Source: Chitinispirillales bacterium
Lineage (GTDB): Bacteria > Fibrobacterota > Chitinivibrionia > Chitinivibrionales > Chitinispirillaceae
DNA length: 38,175 nucleotides
Direction: 5' to 3'
Assembly (NCBI GenBank): GCA_031254105.1
Contig: JAIRVB010000042.1
Coordinates: forward strand, 1-38,175
In this document: in pieces, positions 18,665 through 28,774 of the stretch
How positions within the stretch are numbered: the first letter of the stretch is position 1
Layout: every line of letters starts with the position of its first letter
Notes under the pieces: model-generated
What the model saw: the letters and a program-made list of their open reading frames with translations, nothing else
What the model was told of the DNA's origin: nothing
Databases searched by the model: none
Program-made: the position numbers and the translations under genes

Positions 18665-20653
18665 ATGGATAATCGTCCGGACGGCAGGGTAAGGGTAGTT
18701 ATCGAAAACGTGAAACCATGTATAGACGGCGGTCTTTTTCCCATTAAAAGAGTGGTGGGAGAAGCTGTTACCGTATGGGCTGATTGTTTTGCTGATGGTC
18801 ATGACCAGCTTAGCGCGCGGGTGTTGTACCGCAGATGCGGTTCTTGTGAGTGGAATATTGGCCCAATGGAACTTGTTGATAACGACCGCTGGCGCGGGGG
18901 ATTTTCTGTTGATGAAATTGGCGGCTATGAGTATATGGTTGAAGCGTGGATTGATCATTTTCTCACATGGCGTTACGGTTTGAAGAAGAAGTTTGAGGCT
19001 ATGCGGGAGCAGGAGATTGATTACACGGTTGGGCTTGAGCTTCTGGAAAAAGCGCGTAAAAGAGTTTTGGCTGCCGACTGCCAGGAGCTTGAAAGGCTGC
19101 GCGCGATTATAGCTTTTTCCTCTGATAGAACGGTACGTTTTGAGGCCGCCGTAAGCATCGAACTCCTGCATATAATGAGCAGCGCTCCGGACATCGAACT
19201 TGCCGCCAGATCCGAACCTGTTTTAAAAGTTACAGTCGATCGTAAAAAAGCGGGTTTCAGCTCATGGTATGAATTTTTTCCCCGCTCATGCACAGGAAAT
19301 CCTGCCCGTCACGGCAGCTTAAGAGACGCTGCCGAATACCTGCCGCAAGTCAGCGCCATGGGGTTTGACGTGGTTTATCTGCCCCCCGTTCATCCGATAG
19401 GCGAGGTAAACCGCAAAGGAAAGAACAACAGTACCAAGGCTTCGGATACAGATCCTGGGAGCCCCTGGGCGATAGGGTCGCGGTTGGGCGGGCATAAAGC
19501 TATTGACCCAAGACTTGGAAATTTTGAGGATTTTGAGCATTTTGTGGCTGCAGCTCAGAAAAATGGACTTGAAGCGGCTGTTGATATCGCGTTTCAGTGC
19601 GCCCCCGATCATCCTTACGTTAAGGAGCATCCGGAATGGTTTACAGTGCGTCCTGACGGCACGATTCAGTTTGCCGAAAATCCCCCAAAAAAATATGAGG
19701 ATATCGTACCTTTTAATTTTGAAACGGAAAAATGGGAACCGCTCTGGGATGAGCTTAAGGATGTGATGTTTTTTTGGATTGACAAGGGAGTGCGTATATT
19801 TCGGGTAGACAATCCCCACACAAAACCATTCTCATTCTGGCAGTGGCTTATTGACGAGATCAAGCGGGAGTATCCTGAAACGATATTTTTATCCGAAGCG
19901 TTTACAAGGCCTAAGGTCATGAACAGGCTGGCGAAACTTGGCTTTTCCCAATCTTATACTTACTTTACATGGCGAAATTCAAAAGCGGAGATTACCCGGT
20001 ACATGGCTGAGCTTACAAAGGGTGAGCTCAAGGAGTATTTTCGTCCGAACTTCTGGCCTAATACACCTGATATTTTACCTGAGATTCTGCAATTTGGCGG
20101 TGAGAACGCTTTTATCATGCGTCTTGTTTTGGCCGCCACACTCAGCGCAAATTACGGAATCTACGGTCCTGCGTATGAACAGGCGGTCTCAGAAGGTATA
20201 GAGGGGAAAGAGGAGTACAAAGATTCCGAAAAATACGAAGTTTACTCCTGGGATCACTCAAAAGGCCAACGGTTACGTTCCATTATCACCGCCCTTAATA
20301 CCGCAAGACGGGAAAACCCGGCGCTTCAGAACAACCGTTTTCTGGAATTTTACCCTGTAGATAATGAATACATGCTTTTTTACGGCAAACGCACGCCTGA
20401 TCTTTCAAATATCATACTTGTAGTGGTAAATCTTGACCCGTTTCACGCTCAGAAGGGGCGGCTCAAAATACCGCTCTACGAATTTGGTATAGAGCGGAGT
20501 CAAACCTATTTTTTTGAGGATCTGCTCTCAGGCAGCCGTTACGTATGGCATACCGCCGAAAACCATATTGTCCTTGATCCTGCGGTCTCCCCGGCCTGTG
20601 TGTTCAGACTTGGGCGCAGGCTTAGCGGGGAAGCGCGGTTTGAATATTATTGA
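18665..20653 (+). CDS. glgE: alpha-1,4-glucan:maltose-1-phosphate maltosyltransferase (GH13_3)
   Basis: The FRVDNPHTKP signature is present. The 662-aa length and GH13 catalytic region match GlgE. Confidence 0.8.
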   Translation: MDNRPDGRVRVVIENVKPCIDGGLFPIKRVVGEAVTVWADCFADGHDQLSARVLYRRCGSCEWNIGPMELVDNDRWRGGFSVDEIGGYEYMVEAWIDHFLTWRYGLKKKFEAMREQEIDYTVGLELLEKARKRVLAADCQELERLRAIIAFSSDRTVRFEAAVSIELLHIMSSAPDIELAARSEPVLKVTVDRKKAGFSSWYEFFPRSCTGNPARHGSLRDAAEYLPQVSAMGFDVVYLPPVHPIGEVNRKGKNNSTKASDTDPGSPWAIGSRLGGHKAIDPRLGNFEDFEHFVAAAQKNGLEAAVDIAFQCAPDHPYVKEHPEWFTVRPDGTIQFAENPPKKYEDIVPFNFETEKWEPLWDELKDVMFFWIDKGVRIFRVDNPHTKPFSFWQWLIDEIKREYPETIFLSEAFTRPKVMNRLAKLGFSQSYTYFTWRNSKAEITRYMAELTKGELKEYFRPNFWPNTPDILPEILQFGGENAFIMRLVLAATLSANYGIYGPAYEQAVSEGIEGKEEYKDSEKYEVYSWDHSKGQRLRSIITALNTARRENPALQNNRFLEFYPVDNEYMLFYGKRTPDLSNIILVVVNLDPFHAQKGRLKIPLYEFGIERSQTYFFEDLLSGSRYVWHTAENHIVLDPAVSPACVFRLGRRLSGEARFEYY

Positions 20654-21084
20654 AGAAGTTTCCGGTTTCAAAAAATAATAGCGGGGGATAAGGGCGGCCG
20701 TAAGGATAGCCTCAAAACCGGATCTGTATTTCGGCCAGAATCAGAGCGTGTTCACATTATCAGAAACGCCTGTCTTTTGATGTATTATTTTTAGAGCGTG
20801 TAAAATTTTTTCTGTAAAATTAATCTTTCAATCATACAAAGAGATAATGCAGAATGCAGAAATGTTTAAAAACATTAGTGAAAATAGAACTATCCTATAG
20901 TATTAGTTGTTTTATTTCTGCATTAAACAAACTAAATTACAGAAAATAACTTACACTCTCGTATTTTTACGTTATATTGCGTTAAATTTTCTTGAAATAC
21001 CGCAAGTATTGTTGCAAAAATCTGCCTTGTCTAACATAAAATCCTTTCAAAATCCAAACATTTTCGGATAGTGTGAACAACGCT

Positions 21085-21786
21085 CTAAGAACAAAAGCTT
21101 ATCTCCCTGTATTCCCCCTCCTCAATCCCATCTACGCAGTATTCACCGAATTTGCGCCTGTGCAGTTTTAAAACCTGTAAACCGCAAGCCGCAAACATTC
21201 TTTTGACCTGGTGGTACTTGCCCTCTGTGAGAGTGATTTCGCATCTGTTATCATCAAGAAGCGTAAGCTTTGCGGGGCGGCATGGCGCTTTCTCGCCCTG
21301 TAAGATAAGCGTTCCGGCTGTAAGGAGTTCCGCGGTCTCTTTTGAAATGGGCTTGTCAACAGTTACAAGGTAGAGCTTTTCAATATTACTTTTGGGGGAG
21401 CTGAGTGTGTGTATTAGTTTTGTATCATCTGTGATAAGAAGTATCCCTGTAGTGTCTTTGTCAAGCCGTCCCGCGGATGACGGCACAGGATTTCTGCGCA
21501 TCCACCGCTCTGGCAGCAGGTCGTAGATGAGTGTTCCTTCGGATGGGTCATGGGAGCAGACAAAACCGGCGGGTTTGTTGAGCAGAATAAAAATACCGTC
21601 GGGGTGGTCTATTTTTTCTCCGTTGATTGTCAGGTTCGATGCGGCTGCTTTACATGATGGGTCTTTAATATGAGTTTTGCTCTCCTGGACAGAGTGTTTT
21701 CTTAAAAAAGCGGCAGCCTGGCTCCGTGAGCAGTATCCCAAATTTGAGAGAATTTTATCTATACGTTCTGTTTTTTTTTCTGTCAT
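21085..21786 (-). CDS. rsuA: 16S rRNA pseudouridine synthase, RsuA/RluB family (S4 domain plus catalytic domain)
   Basis: An N-terminal S4 RNA-binding region (RIDKILSNLGYCSRSQAAAFLR) precedes the catalytic GRLDKDTTGILLITDD motif. Length is 233 aa. Confidence 0.8.
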   Translation of the reverse strand: MTEKKTERIDKILSNLGYCSRSQAAAFLRKHSVQESKTHIKDPSCKAAASNLTINGEKIDHPDGIFILLNKPAGFVCSHDPSEGTLIYDLLPERWMRRNPVPSSAGRLDKDTTGILLITDDTKLIHTLSSPKSNIEKLYLVTVDKPISKETAELLTAGTLILQGEKAPCRPAKLTLLDDNRCEITLTEGKYHQVKRMFAACGLQVLKLHRRKFGEYCVDGIEEGEYREISFCS

Positions 21787-21889
21787 GATTTTTGCGTTCC
21801 TTTTACCTGATTATCGATAATATAAAAATAATCGATGTTTGGGGATAGCCGGTCTTTTATATTTAAAGGGATAAATGTGAATATCGTGT

Positions 21890-21922
21890 AGCAGCGGAAC
21901 GATCATTGATCGTTCCGCTGCT
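21890..21922. promoter_or_regulatory. perfect 33-bp palindrome (16-bp arms AGCAGCGGAACGATCA / TGATCGTTCCGCTGCT) in the rsuA / M16 peptidase divergent region
   Basis: It is directly visible in the sequence. It lies between divergently transcribed genes, so it is more likely an operator or structured element than a terminator. Confidence 0.5.
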
Positions 21923-22186
21923 TAATTGAAAGTTGCTTAATTGAAAATAAGAAATCTGATGTAAAGGCGGCAATCTGCCGCCCGCGTACATATGGGGAGC
22001 CGGGCAGCGCCCGGCCTTTGACGGGGACACTCCCAGACAGCCGCCCCGGCAAAGTCAAAATCAGGAAACAGCCGCGTATGGAATGATCCGCGGCTGTTCC
22101 GTAAATATGTAAAATCAGGAAATATCACACGTACGGGGCGGTCGGCGGCCGTTCCACAAATCTTTGAAATTAACAAATTCGATTAT

Positions 22187-25153
22187 ATGGAGAGGGAAAT
22201 TTTTATGACAGAGGGAAACGTTCCGGAACAAAAGATAAAAAACGGTGAAATTGTCAGCGGCTTCGAGCTTCAGGACACGCGCAAAATACCTGAACTGCGT
22301 TCAACCGCTTATCAATTTTCGCATAAGAAAACAGGCGCCAGGCTCATTCATCTGTTTAACGATGATCCCAATAATCTTTTCTCCGTCGCGTTCCGCACCC
22401 CTGTGAGCGACAGCACCGGAGTACCGCATATTCTGGAACACTCTGTTTTGTGCGGATCAAAAAAATTTCCTCTCAAAGATCCCTTTCAGGAGTTATTGAA
22501 GGGATCGCTTCAGACATTTCTTAACGCTCTTACCTATCCTGATAAAACGGTATATCCGGTCTCCTCTCAGGTTGAGAAGGATTACTATAATTTAGTTGAC
22601 GTATATTGCGACGCGGTGTTTAATCCTCTTCTTACGGAGAACACTTTTTATCAGGAGGGGTGGCATTATGATCTTGAAAAAATGGATGATCCTGTTGGGA
22701 TTAAGGGCATTGTTTACAACGAGATGAAAGGGGTATTTTCCGATTTTTCAAATCATGTCGGACGCCATACCGTCAGCGCGTTGTTTCCGGATACGACATA
22801 TTTTTATGAGAGCGGCGGTAATCCTGAGAATATCCCGGATCTTACTTATGAACAGTTTCGGGAGTTCCATAAAAAGTATTACCATCCGTCTAACTCATAT
22901 ATTTTTCTGTATGGTAATTTACCATCTGAAAAGACGCTCGGGTTTCTTGACGAAAAATACCTTAGCGTTTTTGAGGGAGCGGTCTCAGTAGATTCATCCA
23001 TAGCTCTTCAGAGCGTGTGGGACAAACCCCGAACGCTTTCCCTTGAAGCTCCAGCCTCTGAGGAGGAAGATGGAAACGCTTCTGTGATATTGGCCTGGGT
23101 TTTTGGCCGCAGTACAGATCCGGTTTCAGCGTTTAGCGGAAGCATTCTCTCACATTATCTCCTTGGAACCGAAAGCTCACCCTTAAAACGGGCTCTTATA
23201 GACAGCGGGCTTGGCGAAGACCTTGACGACATGAGCGGGTTTGATTCCGAGCTTAGCCAGTGCGTTTTTGCGGCGGGTTTACGAAAATGTAAACCTGAGA
23301 AAGCGCAGGCGGTAAACGATCTTATTATTGCTACGCTTCGTAAACAGGAGGAAAACGGGCTTGATAAAGAGCTGCTCGAAGGATCCTTGCGGCAGGTAGA
23401 ATTTAGATTCAGGGAGATTACCGGCGGATCGTTTCCGTATAATTTACGGCTGGCTGACAGGTGCTACCGTTCATGGATTCACGATGGTGATCCGTTTAGC
23501 CTGCTGATGTTCGAAAAACCGTTGTCCTTTATCAAGGAGGAGATGGCAAAGGGCGGATTTTTTGAGAATTTTATCCGAAAAAATTTAGTTGATAATAACC
23601 ACCGTCTGCTTTTGGTAGTTACAGCTTCTTTTTCTATGGGTAAAAAATTAGAAGAGCAGTCTGCGGAACAGGCAAAACGCCTGACTTCTCATTTTTCAGA
23701 GAGTGATAAACAGCGCTGCCTTGAGCTTACGAAAGTACTCAGAACTCAGCAGGCGACACCCTCATCATCCGAAGCCGCGGCTTCTTTGCCAAAACTTACT
23801 AAAAGCGATCTGCCCAAAAAAGGTAAAAAGATTCCATTCGAGAGGGGTAAGCTTGGTGATGTTGAGTTGTTCATGCATCCAATTTTCACATCAGGCATTG
23901 CTTATGTTGATATAGGGTTCGATATGAGGGGCATACCTTCAGACCTTATCACATTTATTCCCCTCTATCTTGACTTTTTTACCAGATGCGGGACACACAA
24001 GTATTCTTATGAGCAGATGGCAAGGCGGATCTCCCTCTCTACAGGCGGTATTGACGCTTCGGTGAGCTGCAAAACAAAAATCGGCACGTCCGATGAACTT
24101 TTTTTCATGGCGTTTGTTCATGGTAAAGCGCTTGAGCCGCGTTTCGGTGAACTCCTTGATATCTTTTCCGACCTGCTGCTTACGCCCGATTTTTCAAACC
24201 GCAAGCAGGTAAAAGATCTGCTGCTTGAACAGCGTAATAGTTTAAATTCCTGTGTGGTGAGCTCAGGACACAGCTTTGCGATCTCTGAGGCCTCTTCGCG
24301 GCTTTCAAAAACACGTTTTGTGGATGAACAGCTTACCGGAGTGGCGCAGCTTCGGTTTCTTGACACGATGGTCAAAAAAGAGGATTACGATTTAGCGATT
24401 GATTCATGCAAGCGTCTTCATGAATTTCTTATAAACCGCTCCGCGTGCGTAATATCGGTTACATCCGCCGATCCCTCGAAACTCAGAGAGCCGCTTGAAT
24501 CTTTTACCGCTAAATTACCTGTAAAAATTAGAACCGAACAAAAACCGCTTCCTTTTACGCTCAGTTCAGATGTTAATAAAGGGATAGAGATAAGTTCCGC
24601 CGTCAATTTTGTAGCTAAAGTGTGGAAAATGAACGGTCTTGACGCAGCCGAATACAGCAGGCTCTTTCTGCTCTCCCGCAATCTCTCAACAAGCTATCTT
24701 TGGGACAAGATAAGAGTGGAGGGGGGCGCTTACGGCGGCATGGCGGGGATGTCAATCTCTCATCCCTTATTTTCATGCGCCTCTTACCGCGACCCAAATC
24801 TCGAACAGACGCTCTCGCATTTTGAAAAAGGGCTGGCGGAAGCCGCTTCCGGAATCCCCGCTGAAAAAGTTGACCAAAGCGTCGTAGGGGCGGTAGGTCG
24901 GATAGACGCTCCAAAAAGTCCTCACGGCGAAGGCTTGGGCGAGACTATGGATATTCTGGCCGGCTATACGGATGAGTATCGTCAGGAATTCAGAAACGCG
25001 CTTCTTGGAGCAACTTCTCAGGATTTAAAACACGCTGCCGGTAAGGTGCTCGGCTCTAAAGAGTGGGCGGTGACTGCGCTTGGTTCTGGAGCCGCGTTTG
25101 AAAAGTCGGCCGGTAATGGGGTATCGTTTGAGAGGGAGAAACTTTTTAGTTAA
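22187..25153 (+). CDS. M16C insulinase-family zinc metallopeptidase (PreP/presequence-protease-like). An RBS suggests the start may be 22205.
   Basis: The inverted zinc motif HILEHSVLCGS (HxxEH) is present. The 988-aa length is typical of M16C. Confidence 0.85.
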   Translation: MEREIFMTEGNVPEQKIKNGEIVSGFELQDTRKIPELRSTAYQFSHKKTGARLIHLFNDDPNNLFSVAFRTPVSDSTGVPHILEHSVLCGSKKFPLKDPFQELLKGSLQTFLNALTYPDKTVYPVSSQVEKDYYNLVDVYCDAVFNPLLTENTFYQEGWHYDLEKMDDPVGIKGIVYNEMKGVFSDFSNHVGRHTVSALFPDTTYFYESGGNPENIPDLTYEQFREFHKKYYHPSNSYIFLYGNLPSEKTLGFLDEKYLSVFEGAVSVDSSIALQSVWDKPRTLSLEAPASEEEDGNASVILAWVFGRSTDPVSAFSGSILSHYLLGTESSPLKRALIDSGLGEDLDDMSGFDSELSQCVFAAGLRKCKPEKAQAVNDLIIATLRKQEENGLDKELLEGSLRQVEFRFREITGGSFPYNLRLADRCYRSWIHDGDPFSLLMFEKPLSFIKEEMAKGGFFENFIRKNLVDNNHRLLLVVTASFSMGKKLEEQSAEQAKRLTSHFSESDKQRCLELTKVLRTQQATPSSSEAAASLPKLTKSDLPKKGKKIPFERGKLGDVELFMHPIFTSGIAYVDIGFDMRGIPSDLITFIPLYLDFFTRCGTHKYSYEQMARRISLSTGGIDASVSCKTKIGTSDELFFMAFVHGKALEPRFGELLDIFSDLLLTPDFSNRKQVKDLLLEQRNSLNSCVVSSGHSFAISEASSRLSKTRFVDEQLTGVAQLRFLDTMVKKEDYDLAIDSCKRLHEFLINRSACVISVTSADPSKLREPLESFTAKLPVKIRTEQKPLPFTLSSDVNKGIEISSAVNFVAKVWKMNGLDAAEYSRLFLLSRNLSTSYLWDKIRVEGGAYGGMAGMSISHPLFSCASYRDPNLEQTLSHFEKGLAEAASGIPAEKVDQSVVGAVGRIDAPKSPHGEGLGETMDILAGYTDEYRQEFRNALLGATSQDLKHAAGKVLGSKEWAVTALGSGAAFEKSAGNGVSFEREKLFS

Positions 25154-25289
25154 AAACCCGCGGTTTATTCAGGAGGTATTTCTGTAAATAATCGCCAAAT
25201 AGCAGTCAAAACTTGCGGTTTGGCGTTTTAGTAACTTATATTCTTTAATATAATTTACTGTGTATAATTCACTAAAAAAGAGGTGTTCC

Positions 25290-25982
25290 ATGTACAAAAC
25301 AATCAGTTTTCTGGTAATATTTACAGTCTTTGCCCTGCATGCTCAAGGTATTGATGAACGTGTCCTGCTGAGAGCGGTTCTTGATAACAGCGGGTTAAAA
25401 AATGTTACTGTTACAGATATTGCTGAGTTTGAGGAGGGCCGTCTTGTTAAGCTTAATCTTACCAACCGGGAAGTTTCAAAGGATGGACTTACCGAGTTTC
25501 CGGCGGGACTCACACAGTTCACCGCGCTGCGGGAACTTAATCTCAGAAATAACTCTATAAAATCGCTTCCTGAGGATATTGGTAATCTTACCGAGTTGGC
25601 TGATCTGAATCTGGCAAACAACAAGATGGGTTCTATTCCCGCGGCTTTTGGTAATTTGACAAATTTGAAAAAGCTTGATATACGTTACTGCGGTTTAAGC
25701 GATCTGCCCGCGGAATTCGGCAAACTTAAAGCCCTCGAAACTTTGCAGATGTGGGGTAATGAGTTTACCGCGCTTCCGGCCTGCGTTACAGAGCTCACCG
25801 CTTTAAGGGAGATCTATTTAAAAAGCAATCAGCTTGCTTCCTTACCGGCAGGGATAACAAAAATGCACACTTTGAGCTACATCGACGTGAACCTCAACAG
25901 ACTGTGCAAACTTACTCCCGAAGTAGAGGCATGGCTCAGAGCCAAAGACAGGCGTTACAGGGAGTTTCAAAACTGCCAATAA
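25290..25982 (+). CDS. secreted leucine-rich-repeat protein. ORF track start is 25260; the signal peptide and RBS favour 25290.
   Basis: The signal peptide is MYKTISFLVIFTVFALHAQG. About 8 LRRs follow the pattern L..L..L.L..N.l..lP..ig.L. Confidence 0.7.
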   Translation: MYKTISFLVIFTVFALHAQGIDERVLLRAVLDNSGLKNVTVTDIAEFEEGRLVKLNLTNREVSKDGLTEFPAGLTQFTALRELNLRNNSIKSLPEDIGNLTELADLNLANNKMGSIPAAFGNLTNLKKLDIRYCGLSDLPAEFGKLKALETLQMWGNEFTALPACVTELTALREIYLKSNQLASLPAGITKMHTLSYIDVNLNRLCKLTPEVEAWLRAKDRRYREFQNCQ

Positions 25983-26448
25983 TCCCTCCCAAATTCATAT
26001 AAGCCCTTAAAGGGCGCCATCCCCAAGCCCCCGTGCTTTAAGCGCGGGGGGAAGTAGGATACATGCACAAGAACACCGTGTGATAAAACACAATGGGGAT
26101 GGAATACATATGTAAGAATGATGAAAATTTATACGAATTATAAAACAATAAGGGGAAACGCCGGTTTCATAGACTTAACGGAATTTGAACAGAGAATGGT
26201 TCCGGTTATACTGAACTCGGTAAAGTAAATTTAATATTATCCCGCTATTCGGGGTCGCCACAGAAAATGGAAATTTTAGTACGCTAAGCCCAAAAAAGTG
26301 GTCATTGCAGCTTAAATCAGCTTTTTTGCAATAAAATCAGCTTAAACCGGAATGCTTTTCAAGTATTTTGCAAACGGTTTTTTCATAGTTATTATCTGTT
26401 TTTTTCCATTTGTTTCATTTGCAAGATACCCGTTTCGCGCAAGACTCA

Positions 26449-26640
26449 TCACTTCCGTGTAGTCTGGCTGAAATCGGGAGATATTTCAAGAATGTCTATA
26501 TCTGAAGTAGCTCTTGATATGCTCCCCCTGAGCAACAAAGCGGAAGCCCCTGAAATTGCGATGTGAAGCGGTTTTTCAAGCTCCGCGTCTATTTCGTGAA
26601 GCATTTTTAGCATCTCTTCTTTGTGCATAATCATTCTCAT
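26449..26640 (-). pseudogene. truncated minimal nucleotidyltransferase (MNT / MntA-like, Pol-beta superfamily) fragment
   Basis: The core motif IAISGASALLLRGSISRATSDIDIL resembles hGS-x10-SDIDL. The ORF stops about 15 aa after the DxD motif, and no HepT-like partner ORF is adjacent. Confidence 0.3.
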
Positions 26641-26865
26641 ATTATCTGAATAAAAGATAATAAATTGAAAGGGAGAGAATCAAGACGGGGAAATAGTATC
26701 AAATTAAATCGGGTTGCGGCATCTCTAAAAAAGTAAAAACTGACTTGAAAACAAACCAACTCAAATCAGATTAGTTTGAGAAAAATGTGTACGGCGCCAG
26801 TTTGTGAAATGTCGTGAACCATTATGTATTTTAGTAACTTAGCGACATCATAGCGACGTCGTTTT

Positions 26866-26892
26866 GTAACCCGTTGGTTTGCAACGGGTTAC
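26866..26892. terminator. perfect 11-bp stem / 5-nt loop hairpin (GTAACCCGTTG-GTTTG-CAACGGGTTAC) downstream of thpR; there is no U-tract
   Basis: It is visible in the sequence about 55 nt after the thpR stop (minus strand). Confidence 0.25.
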
Positions 26893-26945
26893 GGCCATAA
26901 GCAACTATTTCTGCATTAATATCTTTTTCAAGTTGAATGACTATA

Positions 26946-27485
26946 TCATTCCGATAATTTATACTCAGCCTCTCTGATGTGCAGCGCTCCCTCGCGTTTA
27001 AGAATGCTTGAGTATAGAGAAAACTGCGTCACTAAAAACGGTTTTGTTTGAAAGAGTGAGTTTGCGCAAAGGAAGCCGGCAATTTTTTGAGGCGGGGAAC
27101 CGTTAAGACGCGCAACTGTAATATGCGGCGAAAACTTCCTTTCCTCATGAGGTAATCCCGCTGACAGAACAGCGCGTTCCACCCGTTTTTGCAACCTTAT
27201 AACATTCTCATTTGCCGCTATCCCGCACCACAGAATCCGCGGCTCTTTTCTGGGCGGGAAGAATCCGACAGATTTGAGCCGCATGGTGAACGGTTCAAAT
27301 TTTATAGTTCGCAGGGCGTTATCAATTTCAGAAGCTGTATCTTCAGTTACATCTCCAATAAAACGCAGAGTCAGGTGCAGCTGGCTTTCGGGCGTCCATT
27401 TTGCGCCCGGAATCGCTTCGTAGATTTCGCTTACATCATCGCGGGCGCTCTCAGGCAGGTCGATAGCCGCAAAGAGGCGCGTCAT
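26946..27485 (-). CDS. thpR: RNA 2',3'-cyclic phosphodiesterase (2H phosphoesterase, LigT/ThpR)
   Basis: Two H-x-T/S-x motifs are present (HLTLRFIG and HITVARL). Length is 179 aa. Confidence 0.8.
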   Translation of the reverse strand: MTRLFAAIDLPESARDDVSEIYEAIPGAKWTPESQLHLTLRFIGDVTEDTASEIDNALRTIKFEPFTMRLKSVGFFPPRKEPRILWCGIAANENVIRLQKRVERAVLSAGLPHEERKFSPHITVARLNGSPPQKIAGFLCANSLFQTKPFLVTQFSLYSSILKREGALHIREAEYKLSE

Positions 27486-27491
27486 AAACCG

Positions 27492-27638
27492 CTATTTTTT
27501 ACCGTAAAGATCGGTGATAAACTTTTCGGCGATCAGTGTGGCGAAGTTAGCGGTTTTTTCTATTTTCAGCAGCAGCAGGCATAGCATTAAAAGAAAAGCG
27601 ATAATGATAATTGACAAAAACAGAAAAATTACAGTCAT
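27492..27638 (-). CDS. possible small hydrophobic protein (48 aa) between tsaD and thpR
   Basis: Minus-strand ORF MTVIFLFLSIIIIAFLLMLCLLLLKIEKTANFATLIAEKFITDLYGKK ends 6 nt before the thpR start. Identified by manual translation; it is not in the ORF track. Confidence 0.25.
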   Translation of the reverse strand: MTVIFLFLSIIIIAFLLMLCLLLLKIEKTANFATLIAEKFITDLYGKK

Positions 27639-27673
27639 CTCTCTACTCCTTTGTACAGGCGCAGCCGCGCCTC

Positions 27674-28678
27674 TTACATATTTATGCCTCTGGCGGGATC
27701 CATATCCGGAAAACGTGTCCTGTTCGAGTTGTACATTTTAAGTCCCGCCATAGCGATCATCGCGCCGTTGTCGGTGCAAAGCGCCGGTGATGGGAAGAAC
27801 ACATTATCCGCGCCAAAACGCGTTTTCAGCTCCTCTCTGAGATATCCGTTGCATGCCACCCCGCCGGCTAAAGCGGCGGTTTTTATTCCGCAATTTTCCG
27901 AGGCGGCCCATAAGTTGTTTATCAGAGAGGTTGCGACCGCTTTTTGAAACGCCCGGCAGATCTGGGGACGGTTCTCTTTAATATACTGCCCGGTATTTGT
28001 TAAAATGAAATTTTTTACAGCTGTTTTTAATCCGGAGAAGCTGAAATCAAGCGTTTTTTGCGATGAAAAACGGGCTACCGGAAAAGTTATTTTTTCCGTT
28101 TCTTTAAAGCCGCTTACTTTTGAAGCCTCCTCCTCTATAGCGCGTCCGGCAGGGTAGGGGAAACCGAGCAGTTTACCTACTTTGTCAAAAGCTTCTCCCG
28201 CCGCGTCATCAACGGTTTGGCCAAGACAGCGGCAGTTTCCGGACTGTTCATACCTGTAGATAGCGGTATGCCCTCCGGAAGCAAGCAGAACTAAAAATGG
28301 CGCCTCAATATTTTTATGTTCGATAAACAGGGAGCAGATGTGGCCTTCAAGGTGATTTACGCCTGTTATTGGTATACCGTAAGCCGTATGCAGCCCAAGA
28401 GCAAAGCTAACGCCTACAAGAAGCGCCCCCGCAAGCCCCGGACTGTCGGTCACCGCTATAAGGTCGAGGCTGCGCGCAGCAAGGCCGCATTCATCAAGAA
28501 CTCTTTTGGTAAGGATATCGATTTTTTCCAAGTGAGCGCGCGAAGCTACTTCAGGTACAACGCCGCCGTAAAGCGAGTGCTCATCTTGCGAATGCGTACG
28601 GCTTGAAAGCACGCAGCCGTCTTTAAGAACCGCGACAGATGTTTCATCACAGGAAGATTCTATACCAAGAACAATCAT
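27674..28678 (-). CDS. tsaD: tRNA N6-adenosine threonylcarbamoyltransferase
   Basis: MIVLGIESSCDETSVAV starts an ASKHA fold. HLEGH and GGVACN motifs are present. Length is 334 aa. Confidence 0.9.
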   Translation of the reverse strand: MIVLGIESSCDETSVAVLKDGCVLSSRTHSQDEHSLYGGVVPEVASRAHLEKIDILTKRVLDECGLAARSLDLIAVTDSPGLAGALLVGVSFALGLHTAYGIPITGVNHLEGHICSLFIEHKNIEAPFLVLLASGGHTAIYRYEQSGNCRCLGQTVDDAAGEAFDKVGKLLGFPYPAGRAIEEEASKVSGFKETEKITFPVARFSSQKTLDFSFSGLKTAVKNFILTNTGQYIKENRPQICRAFQKAVATSLINNLWAASENCGIKTAALAGGVACNGYLREELKTRFGADNVFFPSPALCTDNGAMIAMAGLKMYNSNRTRFPDMDPARGINM

Positions 28679-28696
28679 TTTTAATTAGTTGTCAGC

Positions 28697-28774
28697 GGTT
28701 AATGGTCAGTAAGGTACCCTGAGAAAGTTTTTAGTTGTCAAGTAGCAGTTTTTGTCTTTTACTGACCACTAACC
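28697..28774. repeat. inverted repeat (16-nt arms GGTTAATGGTCAGTAA / TTACTGACCACTAACC, 1 mismatch) with a 46-nt spacer containing direct repeats AGTTTTTAG / AGTTTTTGT
   Basis: It is visible in the sequence between the XRE gene end and the tsaD start. Confidence 0.5.

Noticed and set aside
18626-19819. ORFs antisense or out-of-frame inside glgE (18626..19171, 19021..19293, 19319..19819, 19503..19766, 19666..19920 etc.)
   Set aside because: They are embedded in a gene with a strong family signature, have no RBS and give low-complexity translations. They are shadow ORFs.
21937-22176. 79-aa minus-strand ORF across the GC-rich leader
   Set aside because: Its composition is driven by the GC-rich structured region (R/P/A-rich). 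There is no RBS. It is better explained as non-coding structured DNA or RNA.
24118-24914. Minus-strand ORFs 24118..24375, 24418..24681 and 24615..24914 inside the M16 peptidase gene
   Set aside because: They are antisense to a well-supported 988-aa CDS and give R/S-rich low-complexity translations.
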